64,000 nucleotides of DNA, from NCBI GenBank assembly GCA_038496445.1, contig JALMLS010000183.1, forward strand, positions 1 to 64,000, written 5' to 3'. How positions within the stretch are numbered: the stretch's first letter is position 1; the number at the start of each line of letters is the position of its first letter. This document shows positions 60,761 to 64,000 of the stretch, in pieces. A model generated the notes under the pieces. It did no database searches. It was not told the DNA's origin and saw only the letters and a program-made list of their open reading frames with translations. Source of the stretch: Trichosphaerium sp. ATCC 40318 (taxonomy: Eukaryota; Protista; Tubulinea). Position numbers and translations under genes: made by a program.

Positions 60761-62360
60761 TTAGTGGTTCAACAAGATTTGTACAGCTGCTGCAACGTCT
60801 ACTTTGCCTTGAATGAGAGCTTGAATATTGCTTCTTCTGTCGGTGAATCCCATTGCTTCCAATGTCTCTACAGCCTGGCTGAAAGCGTTAGCTCTAGCGA
60901 TTTGAGACTGAGTCACAGGGAAAGGAGCATCTGGAATGACATCTCTTGATTGAGGAAGTGGAGGTGCGACCGGAGGTTCTGCCTTTGCAGCTTCTTGTTG
61001 TTTGCGTTCTTTGGCCTCTTGCATTTCTTTGACGAGTTGAGCACGTCTTGCAGCCATTGCTCTTTCCATCTGGGCATGTACTGCATTTCTACGTGACTCT
61101 TGTACCTCTTGTAGGAGTTGAGCCTTTCTAGCTTGTGTAGCTTTTCTTATTTGAGCGAGAAAGTTGTTACGGCGTGACTCTGCAATCTCTTGAACGATTT
61201 TGTCGTGTCTTGCTTTCGATGCAATCTTGACTTTCTCAAGAAATAGTTTGCGAGCGTTTACACCATGTCTAGGTCTTCGCATAGGGCATTGGCTACGGGC
61301 TCTGGAATGCCATCCACCGAAAGACTGTTGGCGAGCTTCAAGTAGCTCTACAAGTGTTTTGAAAGCGTCAGTGTTTCTAAAGGAATTGGTTAGTAACGCG
61401 AATCGAGTTTTTGTGTTTTCTATTGCGTACCTTAAGTTGTTTAAGTCGGCGTCAGCTTTGATGTGTGCGACATCGTGGAATCCATTGCGGATGCTGTTGA
61501 CAAGAGAGCTTATTGCTGCTTCTACATTACCGAGAAGAGACTCAGCACAAGCAAGGTTGTATGCAGCTGTTGGGTTTGAAGGACGAATTGACAAGAATGC
61601 TTCCAAGTACTGTTTTGCTAACTCTACAGCTGATTTCTCGTTGGTTTGCATTAATCGTAGGGAAGTATTATGCAAAGTACGGAGCAATTGTGAGACAATG
61701 ACATGTTGTAGTTGATGAACACTTCTATAAACATAAAGTCAGTTTTTTGCATTTTTTTGACATCAGGGCTTTTAGAATGCCTTAAAAGGATCGTACCTGA
61801 AGAAAGGAGGAAGCTCTTTAGTGATACCTTGGATTACAAGGCGAATATCGTCTGCCACTTTTGGATTTTGAACGTTTTCGATCAATTTTTGAGTTAAGGC
61901 TTCAATGAATGATGGTTTCTGGTTTAGAGTTAGTTATTGCGTTTAAAAGGATGTGTGGTACCTCTGATGGAGTAGGTTTAGTCTCTGCAGGCTGTTGTGC
62001 GTTGTTTTGAGGAACTGGTTCTTCAAATGAAATAAAGACTCTCAAAACGTTTCCAGAACCAATGACGTTGATGGCTTCGCGTAGTTCTTCGTCTGAGGAT
62101 AACTAGAAGGATATTCGAATAAGTACAAAGTGCAATTCAAACTTGAAGTTGTGTATGTGTTCGCGTACAGTAATTTTATCGCCATCAGAGTCTGTGTACG
62201 TAATCTTAGCGGTTTCGAAGTTAACGGTCTTGTAGAATGATGAAAGCTTTGTTAGAACTCTATCGTAGGTAAGACCGGCTATTGGGAGTGTTACTCTTCG
62301 CAAGTCGTCGCTTCCTTGGCGCTTTGACTTGATTGTAATCTGTTTCTGTTGGGAGGCCAT
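60761..62360 (-). CDS. PB1 - TPR - UBA protein (p62/NBR1-like adaptor layout)
   Basis: PB1 ITIKSK...DDLRRV...ITYTDSDGDKIT|LSSDEELREA; TPR-like AAYNLACAESLLGNVEAAISSLVNSIRNGF; UBA FSQAVETLEAMGFTDRRSNIQAL...VAAAVQILL. Confidence 0.85.
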
Positions 62361-63066
62361 GTTTGTTGAGGAGAAGGTGTTGTATGTATGAGGTTTGTAG
62401 ATGAATGATTATATTTACGTCATTGGGAACCGAGATTCGAGAATGACGTTCAAAGAAAGTTTGAGCCAAAAAAAAATTCCGCCAAAAAATCCGTCCAAGA
62501 ACTAGCTGAAATTTCGATTACTTTCGGCGAAACAATTGCAAAAGCGCAAGAACTCGCGGGTAATTATGATGAAGCGTATGATAGCACTTCGAAATAGTGT
62601 TTGGTGTTGTTAGTCTGTTTATCAGTGCGGCGATCGTTAATTCGCGTAAACGAGATGTCGTTTAGCGTATACATTACTCTGCAAGCTGTATTGTGATGAA
62701 TGAGGTTATTTTGCTTTGTACCAACTTGAAATCGCACTGAACGCTGTATTTTGGTTAATTACGCGTGGTAAACGATAATTTGCATACTAGTGCCGGTTAC
62801 TAAAAATTACTGGCAGCGAATCTGTTTTGATAATTTAGTACAGTTTAATCACCTTCATTCATCGTGGAAATCAACACCGATACCCTCCAATAGAAAGAAT
62901 GTACTTGGACATCTATTTACTGTGAGAATAGTGTAGTACGCCTCCAATTACGAGAGTGTTGCATTAGACGCTCCATATACAGTGTAAGCGGAACAAAATA
63001 CTGTTTTAGAAACACTTTCCTGTTTTAAGTATTCCAACACTACTATCTAACAAACAAGCCCATTAG

Positions 63067-64000
63067 ATGCATCACATGCAGCATTTTGCTATTTTCTCAG
63101 CACTCTTTACGCTTTGCCTTGCTGTGGGACTCACAACTTTTACTGCTACGGATGTTGCAATCAAAAGGCCATTTAAAAGCGTATGACGCATGTTTATCTT
63201 GCTTTCGCAAACAATTACGAAGCTAGCGCTTTGTTTACCTTTTTACCTCGTTTTCGAGTCTATTTCGCTTGCACTACGCCCTATCTATGTATTAACATTG
63301 TTTTTAGCCCTTTTATACGCTAAAAGTTTGTACTACAATAAACCGAGTGAACGCATCTCATGGTACGCGTATACATCCGTTGTAGGAAAACATCGCACAG
63401 TTTTTATTTCAAGCAGTTGTTTCCTTATACGTACAATTTTTCCTCCGTTTTTAGTAATATCTTGTGTATGTGGAGTACACTTGATGTGAACGCCTAGCAC
63501 CTGATTGAAAACACGGTTTTTTTTCCCTTGAGAATCGCCTTGTTTACCCATACACTCTAGGAGTTATGATAGCGATTCAACTGATACTTATAGCAGCGAA
63601 GTTAGCTACAGGAATGTACGTCATCTTTAGAATGAGTTCAAATTTCCGACCATGTACTTTTTGGCCATCAGTTTTTTAACTTTTGTTTGAACTTAGAGCG
63701 CCCAGTACTTGCTTGAGAAAGACTTTCCTAATCTTGTATCATCAAACGGAAAAGAACTTGAAGAACGAGATGGCTGTACTTGTTTCAGAGAGAGCCCAAC
63801 AGCATCAAACGGAAATATTGAAAAATTGTGCTACAAAGGAGACAATATTTGCTTGTATGTCGCATTGTTTCTTGTAATAATATTAATTACAGTTAGTGTA
63901 GAATTCGAGAGTGGAGAAACATGGACATTTGATCCATCAAAGGTTTCACCACGTGACTTTACGAACAATAATTCTGAAGACACCACAAAAAAAAGGTAAA
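63067..64000 (+). CDS. Secreted hypothetical protein, multi-exon; may continue past the right edge
   Basis: Signal-like MHHMQHFAIFSALFTLCLAVG; in-frame exons ...YYNKPSERISW|SYDSDSTDTYSSEVSYRN|SAQYLLEKDF...CTCF. Confidence 0.55.

Noticed and set aside
1-64000. tRNA, rRNA or snRNA genes; alternative genetic code
   Set aside because: No recognisable RNA gene by eye, and conserved proteins translate cleanly with the standard code.

Overview
AT-rich (roughly 35% GC by eye), gene-dense eukaryotic DNA with many short (~50-90 nt) spliceosomal introns. It looks like a free-living protist, plausibly an amoebozoan (inferred from a tectonin, WDR41, minor-type introns and F-box expansions). Conserved genes (YhhN/TMEM86, cyclin L, MOB1, SHAQKYF-type MYB, a DFD-motif kinase, WDR41, a PB1-TPR-UBA protein) flank a ~28 kb fast-evolving island at 17.4-45.5 kb. 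The island holds about 10 F-box genes or fragments with swapped C-termini (Ras-like, LRR, WD40, MORN), lectins, a hAT-type MITE, scrambled pseudogene copies and a SAP/coiled-coil/PD-(D/E)xK nuclease/kinase gene resembling Crinkler-type effectors. The most striking unexplained signal is window-wide: the palindrome CACGTG occurs about 80 times (hand count) against roughly 6 expected, in exons, introns and intergenic DNA alike, like a eukaryotic highly iterated palindrome. Other notable items are a SEL1-SAM-degenerate PARP protein (tankyrase-like layout), a minimal ATP-dependent DNA ligase fused to two novel ~65-aa repeats, three U12-type introns and several GC-AG introns. All gene models were spliced by eye and no database searches were run.
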